DNA of 64,000 nucleotides from an uncultured Clostridia bacterium. Its GTDB lineage: Bacteria; Bacillota; Clostridia; UBA1381. Location of the stretch: NCBI GenBank assembly GCA_904420525.1, contig CAJFVT010000101.1:3546-67545 (forward strand), written 5' to 3'. Below the pieces are notes generated by a model, which was not told the origin of the DNA, did not search any database, and was given only the letters and a program-made list of their open reading frames with translations. Position 1 is the stretch's first letter, and each line of letters begins with the position of its first letter. Shown here piece by piece: positions 48,291 to 57,754 of this stretch. A program made the position numbers and the translations under genes.

Positions 48291-50300
48291 TTATTTACTC
48301 TCTGCGAAATAAGCTCTGACTGCTTCCTTCACAAGCCGTATCCCTTCATCAATACTTACGCCCTTGATCTGCGCCCCCGAGACTGTCATATGTCCGCCGC
48401 CTCCGAGCCGCTCCGTTATAAGCTGCACGTTTATGCTGCCCAAAGATCTCGCGCAGACTCCGGCTCCGTCGTTTATCGGATATACCACCATCGATGCCAT
48501 GATATCATTCAGGTTAAGCATCTCATCCGCCGCCTGCGATGCTATGACACGCATATTCTTATGTGTCCTGCGGGTATATGCCACAGCTATGTTCCCGTCA
48601 AGAAGCTTCGCCGTTTCCACGATCTCAGCCTTCATGCTGTAATCCTCCAGAGAGGTGCTGAACATCTTTCTTACCTCTACTGTGTCAAGCCCAAGCTTTC
48701 TTAGATACGAAGCAGCCTCGAACGTACGCACACCGGTCTTTAATATGAAATTCTTTGTATCCATAAGTATGCCGGTATATAAACACTGTGCCTCCGCCTT
48801 TGTAAGCGCATTTCCAACGCTCATGTATTCCAGCAGCTCCGTCGCCATCTCACAGGTAGAAGAAGCGTAAGGCTCATGGTACACCAATGAGCACGGACTT
48901 ATAAATTCAGTCGAACGCCTGTGGTGATCTATAAGTATTATCCTTGACACTCTTCCCACCAGCTTCGGGCACGGCAGCATAGACGGACGGTGCGTATCCA
49001 GAACCACCAGCAGAGAATCTGGAGTCACCTCCTCAAGCACCTCATTTTCATCAACAAACATCCCATGATATTCCTCGATATTTTTTAGTGCATTATACAT
49101 CTTCTCGACCGCCGGTGAAACACGCTCGTGAACTATATACGGTGTCTTGCCAAACTCACGGACCGCCCTCTGCAGTCCAACAGCTGCCCCGAAGCAGTCG
49201 AAATCCGCGCCGCGGTGACCCATGAATATTACATTATCACTGTTCTTGATGTAATCCTCCAGTGCTATCGCCACTGCGCGTGCCTTGATCTTTGTGCTCC
49301 GCTCATATTCACGATTCTTTCCGCCGTAAAATCTGAACTGGTTATCGTCCTTTATGCAGACCTGATCTCCGCCTCTGCCAAGAGCCATGTCAAGCGCGTT
49401 TCTCGCTCCTATCTCGTTTGCTTCCAGCGTACCGCCTGTGCCTATACCTATACTTATAGAAAGCGGGAATTTTGCTACCGCCGCAGCCTCGCGGGCCTTT
49501 TCTACCACATCAAACTTCTGATCTATATACTTCTTCAGATACTGGTGCTCGAATATAACAAAAAACCTGTCACGGTCAGTTTTCTTTATTACCGCATTTC
49601 CAGATCTTGCCCATGCGTTCACCGCACTTCTTATTTTAGAGCATGCCGCCTCCATCACCTCGTCATCAAACTTCTGCGCAAAATCATCATAGTTATCTAT
49701 ATTGACAATGGCGATGTCGGCACGCTCGTTCTCATACGCTTCCTCAAGCTTCTTTTCCTTGGTTATATCGGTCAGATAAAAAAAGACCGAAAAATGCGCC
49801 CCTATCTCATTCGGCGCTATTTTATCCTTAAGCACAAACCATCTTACTGAGTACATATTTTCACCCTGCACCGTCACGATGCCCTTCCCCTTCTGGTTCT
49901 TGAGCACATCCGACCACTTGAGCTCAGGAATAACATCGTCAAGCATACCGTCTGACAATGCCCGGCTGTCGAATATAGATGAAAATTTATCGTTATACCA
50001 GCGTATGGTCCCGTCAATGCTGCATATGGTCATCGGCAGCGGTACACTCATGAGCGCGTTTTCTGATACCCCCATATCATCGCTCAGGATCTTCTGGAGA
50101 TATTTGCTCATCTCTTTTTTGCGCACTGTACGGAGTATCAGTATATGGATAAATGCCGCTATACCTACCCCGCCCTGGACCGCCGCAATGATATATTCAC
50201 GTCTAAGCAGCAGCAAGAGCGCGCATATAATAAGGACAGCAGCGGCTGTGACCGCGACAGTCATATGCTTACGCATAACATACGAATATGCTTTTTTCAT
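48291..50300 (-). CDS. gdpP: GdpP-like DHH/DHHA1 phosphodiesterase (c-di-AMP phosphodiesterase family)
   Basis: Two N-terminal TM helices, PAS-like and degenerate GGDEF-like regions, DHH (LIDHHRR) and DHHA1 (GGGGH). Conserved gdpP-rplI-dnaB order. ATG 50300 has a GGAGGG RBS. Confidence 0.9.
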   Translation of the reverse strand: MKKAYSYVMRKHMTVAVTAAAVLIICALLLLLRREYIIAAVQGGVGIAAFIHILILRTVRKKEMSKYLQKILSDDMGVSENALMSVPLPMTICSIDGTIRWYNDKFSSIFDSRALSDGMLDDVIPELKWSDVLKNQKGKGIVTVQGENMYSVRWFVLKDKIAPNEIGAHFSVFFYLTDITKEKKLEEAYENERADIAIVNIDNYDDFAQKFDDEVMEAACSKIRSAVNAWARSGNAVIKKTDRDRFFVIFEHQYLKKYIDQKFDVVEKAREAAAVAKFPLSISIGIGTGGTLEANEIGARNALDMALGRGGDQVCIKDDNQFRFYGGKNREYERSTKIKARAVAIALEDYIKNSDNVIFMGHRGADFDCFGAAVGLQRAVREFGKTPYIVHERVSPAVEKMYNALKNIEEYHGMFVDENEVLEEVTPDSLLVVLDTHRPSMLPCPKLVGRVSRIILIDHHRRSTEFISPCSLVYHEPYASSTCEMATELLEYMSVGNALTKAEAQCLYTGILMDTKNFILKTGVRTFEAASYLRKLGLDTVEVRKMFSTSLEDYSMKAEIVETAKLLDGNIAVAYTRRTHKNMRVIASQAADEMLNLNDIMASMVVYPINDGAGVCARSLGSINVQLITERLGGGGHMTVSGAQIKGVSIDEGIRLVKEAVRAYFAESK

Positions 50301-50365
50301 AGTACCCTCCAATGCCGCTTATACGCGGCCGCAAACAGGCTCTGATCTTTTGTTCCTTTTCCGGA

Positions 50366-50671
50366 TCATACCCGGTTTTTGATATACCTGCGGAGCTCCG
50401 ACATATCGCGGAATTCCGATTCAAGCGCATGCCCGTTTTCCTCAGCGAGCGACAGAAGCTCAGATATCCTCGAATCCAGCGTGCTGTGAGTTATCCCAAG
50501 ATGCTTAGCCAATATGTAATCCATTGCAACTATCGTTGATATCGAATTCTCAACAGCGTTGTAATCCGCGATCTCGTCATAGTCTGCAAGAGTACGGTAC
50601 AAATTGGCTACTTCCGTCAGTACCTCGCTTTTTATCTGTTCAATAGCCTTAAGATTTGCGGCAATGTTCAT
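50366..50671 (-). CDS. hypothetical all-alpha protein (possibly MazG-like; low functional confidence)
   Basis: 101-aa ORF with a GGAGG RBS, sitting in operon position upstream of gdpP. Confidence 0.65.
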   Translation of the reverse strand: MNIAANLKAIEQIKSEVLTEVANLYRTLADYDEIADYNAVENSISTIVAMDYILAKHLGITHSTLDSRISELLSLAEENGHALESEFRDMSELRRYIKNRV

Positions 50672-50851
50672 AGTGAAAACCTCCTTGATCTTAACCGTTA
50701 TCCGGCTATTACGGCTTTATTTGCATATCTGCGCATGAAGCCAATCTAATTCTAACACAGATTTCTGATGATGTCAATATTACGCACGCAATTTTTTCCG
50801 TTTTCAAAGGTTTCAAATGTTTTCAGCTAAACAAATTTATTGATCGATCTA

Positions 50852-50880
50852 TTGCATTTTATCATCAGCCGTGTTATAAT
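50852..50880 (+). promoter_or_regulatory. sigma-A type promoter
   Basis: TTGCAT (50852-50857), 17-nt spacer, TGtTATAAT (-10 at 50875-50880). Confidence 0.6.
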
Positions 50881-50915
50881 TAGCTTATAAAATTTTAATG
50901 AAAGTGGAGCGACAA

Positions 50916-51587
50916 ATGAAACTGTTTCAAAACAAAAAGATCATGCTTATTCTGCGGCTTCTGCCGTTTATTGCCTGTATAGCTCTTATAACCGGGTATT
51001 ACGCGGCCGGAAACGAGTTTTCCGCTGAAGCCATCCTTTCGTATACTCCCGATGAGCCGCTGCTTGCGGTGATCGTTATTCTCTTGCTTTACGCCATGAA
51101 AAGTCTTTCCGTCATCTTTCCTGTTATGGCTCTTTTCATTGCCTGCGGGACTATATTCGGGACTCTTCCAGCCCTTATCATCAATTTTACCGGTATGGCG
51201 GTATGCATGAGCGTATCTTATTGGTTCGGACGTTTTTCAGGTCAGGAATTCATAAAAAGTCTTTCATACAAGCACCCCAAGCTCGCGGCTGCGGTGCAGT
51301 GGCAGGAGGACAACGATGTTTTCCTATGCTTCTTTCTCAGAGCCGTTAATTCACTGCCGCTTGATATAGTGAGCATGTATTTCGGAGCTGTCAGGATGCC
51401 GTTTTTGAAATATATCTTTTCAGGACTTATAGGAGCTGCTCCCGGAATAGTCGCCGCAACAGTGCTCGGAAACAGCATAAGCGACCCGGCATCGCCGGCA
51501 TTTATCTTCTCCGTGCTCCTCACTGTGCTTATAGCGGCCGCTTCCGCTGCCGCTTACTCTTTATACAAAAAAAAGCGTCACGCTTAA
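50916..51587 (+). CDS. TVP38/TMEM64 (DedA-related) family membrane protein
   Basis: About 220 aa, multi-pass, with the family-typical ..GFFLRAVNSLPLDIVSMYFGA.. region. ATG 50916 preferred (GTGGAG RBS). Confidence 0.8.
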   Translation: MKLFQNKKIMLILRLLPFIACIALITGYYAAGNEFSAEAILSYTPDEPLLAVIVILLLYAMKSLSVIFPVMALFIACGTIFGTLPALIINFTGMAVCMSVSYWFGRFSGQEFIKSLSYKHPKLAAAVQWQEDNDVFLCFFLRAVNSLPLDIVSMYFGAVRMPFLKYIFSGLIGAAPGIVAATVLGNSISDPASPAFIFSVLLTVLIAAASAAAYSLYKKKRHA

Positions 51588-51605
51588 AGAAAGGATCGAT
51601 AATCT

Positions 51606-52826
51606 ATGCTGCCTGGCAGACAAAACAGAAATATAAAACGTATATCAAAATGGATCATAGGCATTGCAGCCGCCTGCATACTTATATACCTTGCGGCCAG
51701 TAATATAAGCGGGATACTTGCAGAGCTTTCCAGCTTCGCAGGCCTGTTCATGCCTTTAATAATCGGCGCCGTTATCGCATTGGTGATAAACGTTCCGATG
51801 CGCTCTATAGAAAAGCGCTTGTTTCCGAAAACAACCAGACCTAGACTCATCAGGTTCCGCCGCCCGCTGGCGATCATTTCGGCTGAGATACTTGTATTTG
51901 GTATTTTCGTCCTTGTCGCAGCGCTTGTTATCCCGGAGCTTGTAAAAGCTGTCGCCTTACTGTCCGGGAATCTGCTCAGCTTTGTAGACAGGCTGGCACA
52001 GCTCGAATCAACTATAGATTTTTCCAAGCTGCCGTTCGGAAACTATCTTTCCCAAATAGACATAGACTGGAACGAGATAAGGACAAGCATAGAACAGCTT
52101 GTAAGATCACAGGGAATGAATGCGTTCAACACCGCCCTGAACACAGCAGGCTCTGTCGCGGGCGGACTTCTAAACTTCGTTATCGGCTCCGTTTTTGCGA
52201 TCTATGCTCTGTTCCACAAGGAAAAGCTCCAAAGCCAGGCAAAGCGTCTTATCAGCGCATGGCTGCCCTCTAAGGCTGCGCGTCAAATTTTTCACATATC
52301 CTCCGTATGCGGCGAGACCTTTCGTAATTTCATCGCGGCACAGACTACAGAGGCTCTTATACTTGGTTCCATGTGCGCGCTTGGCATGATGATACTTCGC
52401 CTCCCTTACGTTCCGATGATAAGCGCTTTAGTCGGAGTCACCGCACTCATACCAGTTATCGGCGCTTTCATAGGAACGATCGTAGGAGCATTTATGATGC
52501 TAACGGTGGATCCGATAAAAACAGTGATTTTTGTTGTTTTCCTGCTGATACTGCAGCAGATAGAGGGAAATCTGATCTATCCAAAGGTCGTGGGAGCATC
52601 CATAAGACTTCCTGCCATGTGGGTGCTTGCAGCTGTAACAGTCGGCGGCTCCGCCGGCGGTCCGTTCGGAATGCTTGTAGGCGTACCTACAGCCTCCGCA
52701 CTTTATACTCTTATCAGAGAGGCGACTGAACATCGTGAACAGAAATTGGCTTCTGAGCCGGGCAGTGAAGCTCCTCCCGCCCCCGAGAGTACAGCAGATG
52801 CCGTAAAGCCCGAAGGATCCGGCTGA
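51606..52826 (+). CDS. AI-2E family transporter (PerM/UPF0118)
   Basis: 8-TM protein. ..LIPVIGAFIGTIVGAFMML.. and ..QQIEGNLIYPKVVG.. blocks. Confidence 0.9.
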   Translation: MLPGRQNRNIKRISKWIIGIAAACILIYLAASNISGILAELSSFAGLFMPLIIGAVIALVINVPMRSIEKRLFPKTTRPRLIRFRRPLAIISAEILVFGIFVLVAALVIPELVKAVALLSGNLLSFVDRLAQLESTIDFSKLPFGNYLSQIDIDWNEIRTSIEQLVRSQGMNAFNTALNTAGSVAGGLLNFVIGSVFAIYALFHKEKLQSQAKRLISAWLPSKAARQIFHISSVCGETFRNFIAAQTTEALILGSMCALGMMILRLPYVPMISALVGVTALIPVIGAFIGTIVGAFMMLTVDPIKTVIFVVFLLILQQIEGNLIYPKVVGASIRLPAMWVLAAVTVGGSAGGPFGMLVGVPTASALYTLIREATEHREQKLASEPGSEAPPAPESTADAVKPEGSG

Positions 52827-52933
52827 CATCAAAATCTGTAATTAATAGTCTCCGTATCGGATACGTCCAAAAACATGCGTCCATATGAGATAAAAAATTA
52901 AAAATTAACTGTCGAATTTGGTAAACACGTATA

Positions 52934-52962
52934 TTGAAATGGACTTGAAGTTATGTTATACT
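52934..52962 (+). promoter_or_regulatory. candidate promoter
   Basis: TTGAAA (52934-52939), 17-nt spacer, TGtTATACT (-10 at 52957-52962). Confidence 0.55.
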
Positions 52963-53005
52963 ATAAACAAATAATAAACATTTTTTCGAAAGGAAGTAAA
53001 ATTTT

Positions 53006-54427
53006 ATGGGCGGTTTTTTCGGTACAGCTCTAAAGGGCGACTGTGTTTTTGATTTGTTTTTCGGAACCGATTATCATTCCCATCTTGGAACGCGCCGTGC
53101 CGGTATGGCGGTATACAGCAGTGAGCATGGATTTGATAAGGCGATACACAACATTGAAAACGCTCCCTTCAGAACAAAATTCACTCAGGAGTCAAATTCC
53201 ATGCACGGCAGTCTCGGCATCGGATGCATTTCCGATTTCGAGGCTCAGCCGATACTGGTGCGTTCACATCACGGCACTTTCGCCATAACCACTGTCGGCA
53301 AGATCAATAATTCAGCCGAAATAGTGGATGAGATCATAAAAGAGCACACACATTTTTTTGAGATGCAGGGCGGGGACATAAACCAGACTGAGCTGGTAGC
53401 CGCGATCATAAACCGTAAGGAGAATTTTATCGATGGGATAAGATATGCTCAGGAGATAATAGACGGTTCAATGAGCATGATGATCCTTACTCCGAAGGGC
53501 ATCTATCTGGTTCGCGACAAGCTTGGAAGGACGCCTATATGCATAGGAAAAAAAGACGAGGGCTTCTGCGCCAGCTTTGAAAGCTTCGCATATCTGAACC
53601 TCGGCTACAGCGAATACCGTGAGCTTGGCCCCGGAGAGATAGCTGTCATGACGCCGGAGGCTGTCCGTACTTTGGTTGCTCCCGGAAAGAATATGAAGAT
53701 ATGTACATTCCTTTGGGTATATTACGGATATCCCTCCTCTTCCTATGAAGGCATAAGCGTTGAAAAAATGCGCTATAACTGCGGCAAGCATCTTGCTGAC
53801 CGCGACAAGCAGGAACGCGGCGATATAAAACCCGACATAGTTGCAGGCGTGCCGGATTCGGGCATAGCTCACGCTGTAGGATACTCAAATCGTTCGGGAA
53901 TGACTTTTTCACGTCCGTTCGTTAAATACACTCCGACCTGGCCGCGCTCATTCATGCCCACCCACCAGAGCAAACGAGATCTTATAGCAAAGATGAAGCT
54001 GATACCGATACATGACCTTATAAAGGACAAAAAGCTTCTGCTTATAGACGATTCCATAGTGCGCGGGACACAGCTGCGCGAGACTACCGAGTTTCTCTAT
54101 GAGAGCGGAGCTAAGGAGGTCCATATCAGGACCGGATGCCCGCCGCTGCTTTACGGATGCAAATATCTGAACTTTTCACGCTCTACATCTGAAATGGAGC
54201 TGATAACCAGACGTGTTATAAAAGAGCTTGAAGGCTGTGATCCGGACGAGGAAACGCTTCAGAAATACGCCGATCCGGAAACTAAGGAATACAAGACAAT
54301 GGTTGATAAGATCTGCGAGAAGCTGCATTTCACTTCTCTTGCATATCACCGTCTCGATGACATGCTGGACTCAGTAGGTATAGATCCGGACAAGCTCTGT
54401 ACCTATTGCTGGAACGGAAAGGAATGA
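53006..54427 (+). CDS. amidophosphoribosyltransferase-like protein lacking the N-terminal Cys nucleophile
   Basis: PurF-like Ntn fold start MGGFFG (Gly where Cys1 is expected). PRPP loop LLLIDDSIVRGTQL. C-terminal Cys pairs (CPPLLYGC.., CTYC). Confidence 0.85.
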   Translation: MGGFFGTALKGDCVFDLFFGTDYHSHLGTRRAGMAVYSSEHGFDKAIHNIENAPFRTKFTQESNSMHGSLGIGCISDFEAQPILVRSHHGTFAITTVGKINNSAEIVDEIIKEHTHFFEMQGGDINQTELVAAIINRKENFIDGIRYAQEIIDGSMSMMILTPKGIYLVRDKLGRTPICIGKKDEGFCASFESFAYLNLGYSEYRELGPGEIAVMTPEAVRTLVAPGKNMKICTFLWVYYGYPSSSYEGISVEKMRYNCGKHLADRDKQERGDIKPDIVAGVPDSGIAHAVGYSNRSGMTFSRPFVKYTPTWPRSFMPTHQSKRDLIAKMKLIPIHDLIKDKKLLLIDDSIVRGTQLRETTEFLYESGAKEVHIRTGCPPLLYGCKYLNFSRSTSEMELITRRVIKELEGCDPDEETLQKYADPETKEYKTMVDKICEKLHFTSLAYHRLDDMLDSVGIDPDKLCTYCWNGKE

Positions 54428-54435
54428 CCGTCCTT

Positions 54436-55218
54436 TCATCCAAGCGCAACATCAAGTATCATCATTATCACAAAACCCGCCGCAGCGCCTATCGTGCCTA
54501 TATTCGAATGTTTTCCTGTCTGTGATTCAGGGATAAGCTCCTCAACCACCACATAAAACATAGCTCCGGCCGCAAACGGCATCAGGAACGGGATTATAGG
54601 CAGCATGAACTGCGAAAGCAGTATCGTTACGGCCGCGGCAGCCGGCTCTACCGCACCGGAAGCTGTTCCGTAAAGGAACGGCTTCAGCCTTGAGCTGCTG
54701 TTTCTGCGCATAGGCATTGAGATTATCGCTCCCTCAGGGAAATTCTGTATAGCTATGCCTACAGAAAGAGCAAAGGCAGCCGCAAGACTTATTGACGCAT
54801 TTTCAGCCATCATTCCGGCAAACACTATACCTACCGCCATACCCTCAGGAATATTATGCAGCGTTACTGCGAAAAACAGCATCGTGTTCTTTCCCAGATT
54901 TGTTTTTACACCCTCCGGTGTGTCGCTTTCAAGATGCAGATGCGGTACAAAGGTATCGAGCAGCAGCAGAAATAATATGCCCGATATAAATCCGGCTGCC
55001 GCAGGTATCCAGCCTGTTCCGCCGGCTTCTATCGACATATCTATGCCGGGAATTATAAGCGACCATACAGACGCCGCCATCATAACGCCTGCCGCAAATC
55101 CGAGCAAAAGCTTTTCCAATCTGACGCTCATGTCATTTTTAAGCAAAAATACCATTGCCGCGCCGAGCGCTGTTCCGGCAAATGGTATCAAAAGTCCAAT
55201 AAGGACAGAAGTATTCAT
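54436..55218 (-). CDS. ZIP-family divalent metal transporter (ZupT-like)
   Basis: 8 TM helices, HNIPEG and QNFPEG motifs. Confidence 0.9.
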   Translation of the reverse strand: MNTSVLIGLLIPFAGTALGAAMVFLLKNDMSVRLEKLLLGFAAGVMMAASVWSLIIPGIDMSIEAGGTGWIPAAAGFISGILFLLLLDTFVPHLHLESDTPEGVKTNLGKNTMLFFAVTLHNIPEGMAVGIVFAGMMAENASISLAAAFALSVGIAIQNFPEGAIISMPMRRNSSSRLKPFLYGTASGAVEPAAAAVTILLSQFMLPIIPFLMPFAAGAMFYVVVEELIPESQTGKHSNIGTIGAAAGFVIMMILDVALG

Positions 55219-55385
55219 GCGAGTTCCACTTCCCTTCAGTATTTATTTCCATGACCCAAAAAAATGATTTTATAAACATAGTAAAGGCTGCTGTAAATTG
55301 TGTTATCCGCCCATCATCTCACCGCTAAACAACAATGCGAAAGAGCATGAATAAGCACTGATTTACAACAGCCTGATTATTTTTA

Positions 55386-57716
55386 TCACATACCGCTGTC
55401 TAAGACCAGAAGCTTGCTCACAAGCGAGGCCGCCTCGGCACGCGTCAAAAGATCGTTCGGTTTTATCGTATTGTCAGAATAACCGTTGATTATCCCCATT
55501 GCGGACAGCTTTCCCATGGACTGCTGCGCCCATAGCGGTATATCACCGCTGTCAGCATAGCTCATTACAGAATTTTCATCCCCGTCAACAGCTCTGCCCA
55601 TTATCGTGAACGCCTCAGCGCGTGTTATACTGTCATCCGGTGCAAAGCTGTAGCCGTTTTGTCCGCTTCGGCCGGTTATATATCCGAGCGCTGACATCGC
55701 ACGGACGTATTCAACTGCCCACGGCTGTATCTCCGCTGTATCGGTATAATCAAGACTGTAATCCGAAAAATCCGCCGTATTTATACCCAGTGCCTTGCAC
55801 ATTATAGCTGAGAACTGTATCCTTGTTATATTTTCATCGGGCTTGAATACTATAGCACCGTTCTCTTCAAAACCATTTATAATACCGGCATCCGCCATAG
55901 AGTCAACTACATCGTGCGCCCAGTGTCCCTGCATATCAGTAAACTTCTCCTGCTTGATGACTGTTATCGGTATAGCCTTAGTATAATCTCCCACGGTCAC
56001 CGATATGACTCCGCCGCCGCTTCCGTTATCCTGTATTGAAACGACACCATCCTCGTCTACGGACGCTATGCCGCTGCCATCTGCCTCCCATCTGAACAGG
56101 CTGGGATATGCTTCAAGCCTTACGCCGTTTACATAAGCTGCCGCTTCAAGATCTATATTATACATACCGCCTTCATCTACCGTAAGCTGGTCGATCTCCT
56201 CACCGGTAGCCTCATTATAAACACGTATTTCCTCAGGCGTTTCATAAACCGCAAAATCAAAAGTCTTTGAATAGCCTTCACCTGTAACATTTATATAAGT
56301 CGTACCTGTACCCTTAAACGTGATATAACCGTTCTGATCGACCTCAGATGAGGCTCCGTTCTGGTTATCAGCCGTATAGGTAACACCCGTGAGCGACTCC
56401 ATCTTGTAGTTTCCGGTGTCGTATACCGAGGTCGCCTCAAGCTGCAGCGATGTTCCTGCAAGATAATTTCGGTTCTCGTACTCGCGCCACTCTACATACC
56501 ATGGTATACCCGTCTGCGGACGCATATCCCTGAGAAATAAATAATTTGCGCAGCTGCGCTGTACACCGTCCGAAGGACGGTTCGTTACCACGAACGATGT
56601 TGAGCCAGGGAATACGGCTCCTATAGCAGTCGATCCGCCTCCATCAAGGTTTATAGCATCAACGCAGCCCAGCTCCTGCATACGTCTGGCTACAGTCTGG
56701 ATCTGCGCGCCGTAGCTGTAGCCGCTCTGACGTCCGTCAAGAGTATAAAACACCACAGTACCATCCGCTTTTATCCCGACAGCGGTACGCGGCGCGGCTC
56801 CTGCCTCAAAGCCGCTGCCCAGCTCTCCATTCTTGATCAGCCTGCCTCCTATGGAGGAAAGGGCGTACTCAGCTTCAGCCCAGTCATGAGTCGAACCATA
56901 TGTGGAGCTCCGGAGCGTTAATGTATCTCCTGCTGCAAGAACGGCAAGCATATTATAGCATTCCTGATTTCCATCTACATCCATGACAAACACATATTTG
57001 CCGTCCGGTATAGCTATCTCACCGTCATATATGAACACCTCGTCAACGCCTAAAGTCATTTCTGAATTGACTGCCAGCTCACCCGAGACCGGTGTACAGA
57101 TAACATACAAGGCGTTAAAGCTCGACCTTGTTGTGTCACCGTAATCATCTGTGAGCATATATACCCATGAAAGGCCGTCCTGAGGCCATTTATTGATGTA
57201 CTGTATAGGGATAGTCACTCCGTTATGTTCAACGGATGTATCGATAGCAAGAGTGTCGATGAACGCTGTTCCGTCTGCCCTGAAGCCTATAGCATCCTGC
57301 TGCCCGCTCTCCTTTGAGTATATCTCACCATCGATTATAGTATACCCCATAGGTATTCCCGTTTTTGTGGAAAAATAATCTCCGTTTATGCCTATCAGCG
57401 GACGCAGATTGTTCTCCTCCATATACTCAGCGGCAGAGGTCAGCGTACGCTTGCCGTACACACTTTCTCCGTTAACAACAACAGGTACTGCATCAGTATT
57501 TGGCGTATATTCCACATAATTCTCTGTTTGATTTCCTACTGAATCTGAATAATACACCGTATGCTTATAGACGGCTCCTCCGCCCATATCAGTTTGCCAC
57601 TGCTCACTGAGAGTTCCAAGCACCTCTGCAGACGCCGAAGCCGTAAATGTAAAACATAAGATCAGCGACAGCGCTACCCGACGCACCGCCGGCCCTCTAA
57701 TTCCTTTAATTGTCAT
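55386..57716 (-). CDS. phosphodiester glycosidase (NAGPA/DUF2233) domain surface protein with C-terminal SLH repeats
   Basis: Signal peptide, INLDGGGST motif, Ig-like middle region, three C-terminal SLH repeats (FTDMQGHWAHD.., ..GYITGRSG.., ..GIINGYSDNTIKPNDLLTRAE). Confidence 0.9.
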   Translation of the reverse strand: MTIKGIRGPAVRRVALSLILCFTFTASASAEVLGTLSEQWQTDMGGGAVYKHTVYYSDSVGNQTENYVEYTPNTDAVPVVVNGESVYGKRTLTSAAEYMEENNLRPLIGINGDYFSTKTGIPMGYTIIDGEIYSKESGQQDAIGFRADGTAFIDTLAIDTSVEHNGVTIPIQYINKWPQDGLSWVYMLTDDYGDTTRSSFNALYVICTPVSGELAVNSEMTLGVDEVFIYDGEIAIPDGKYVFVMDVDGNQECYNMLAVLAAGDTLTLRSSTYGSTHDWAEAEYALSSIGGRLIKNGELGSGFEAGAAPRTAVGIKADGTVVFYTLDGRQSGYSYGAQIQTVARRMQELGCVDAINLDGGGSTAIGAVFPGSTSFVVTNRPSDGVQRSCANYLFLRDMRPQTGIPWYVEWREYENRNYLAGTSLQLEATSVYDTGNYKMESLTGVTYTADNQNGASSEVDQNGYITFKGTGTTYINVTGEGYSKTFDFAVYETPEEIRVYNEATGEEIDQLTVDEGGMYNIDLEAAAYVNGVRLEAYPSLFRWEADGSGIASVDEDGVVSIQDNGSGGGVISVTVGDYTKAIPITVIKQEKFTDMQGHWAHDVVDSMADAGIINGFEENGAIVFKPDENITRIQFSAIMCKALGINTADFSDYSLDYTDTAEIQPWAVEYVRAMSALGYITGRSGQNGYSFAPDDSITRAEAFTIMGRAVDGDENSVMSYADSGDIPLWAQQSMGKLSAMGIINGYSDNTIKPNDLLTRAEAASLVSKLLVLDSGM

Positions 57717-57754
57717 TATCTGATCATCTCTCCGTTTTTCTGAACACTTCGTTA

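Noticed and set aside
49128-49850. 240-aa plus-strand ORF
   Set aside because: Antisense to the gdpP-like gene, which has DHH and GGGH motifs. Shadow ORF.
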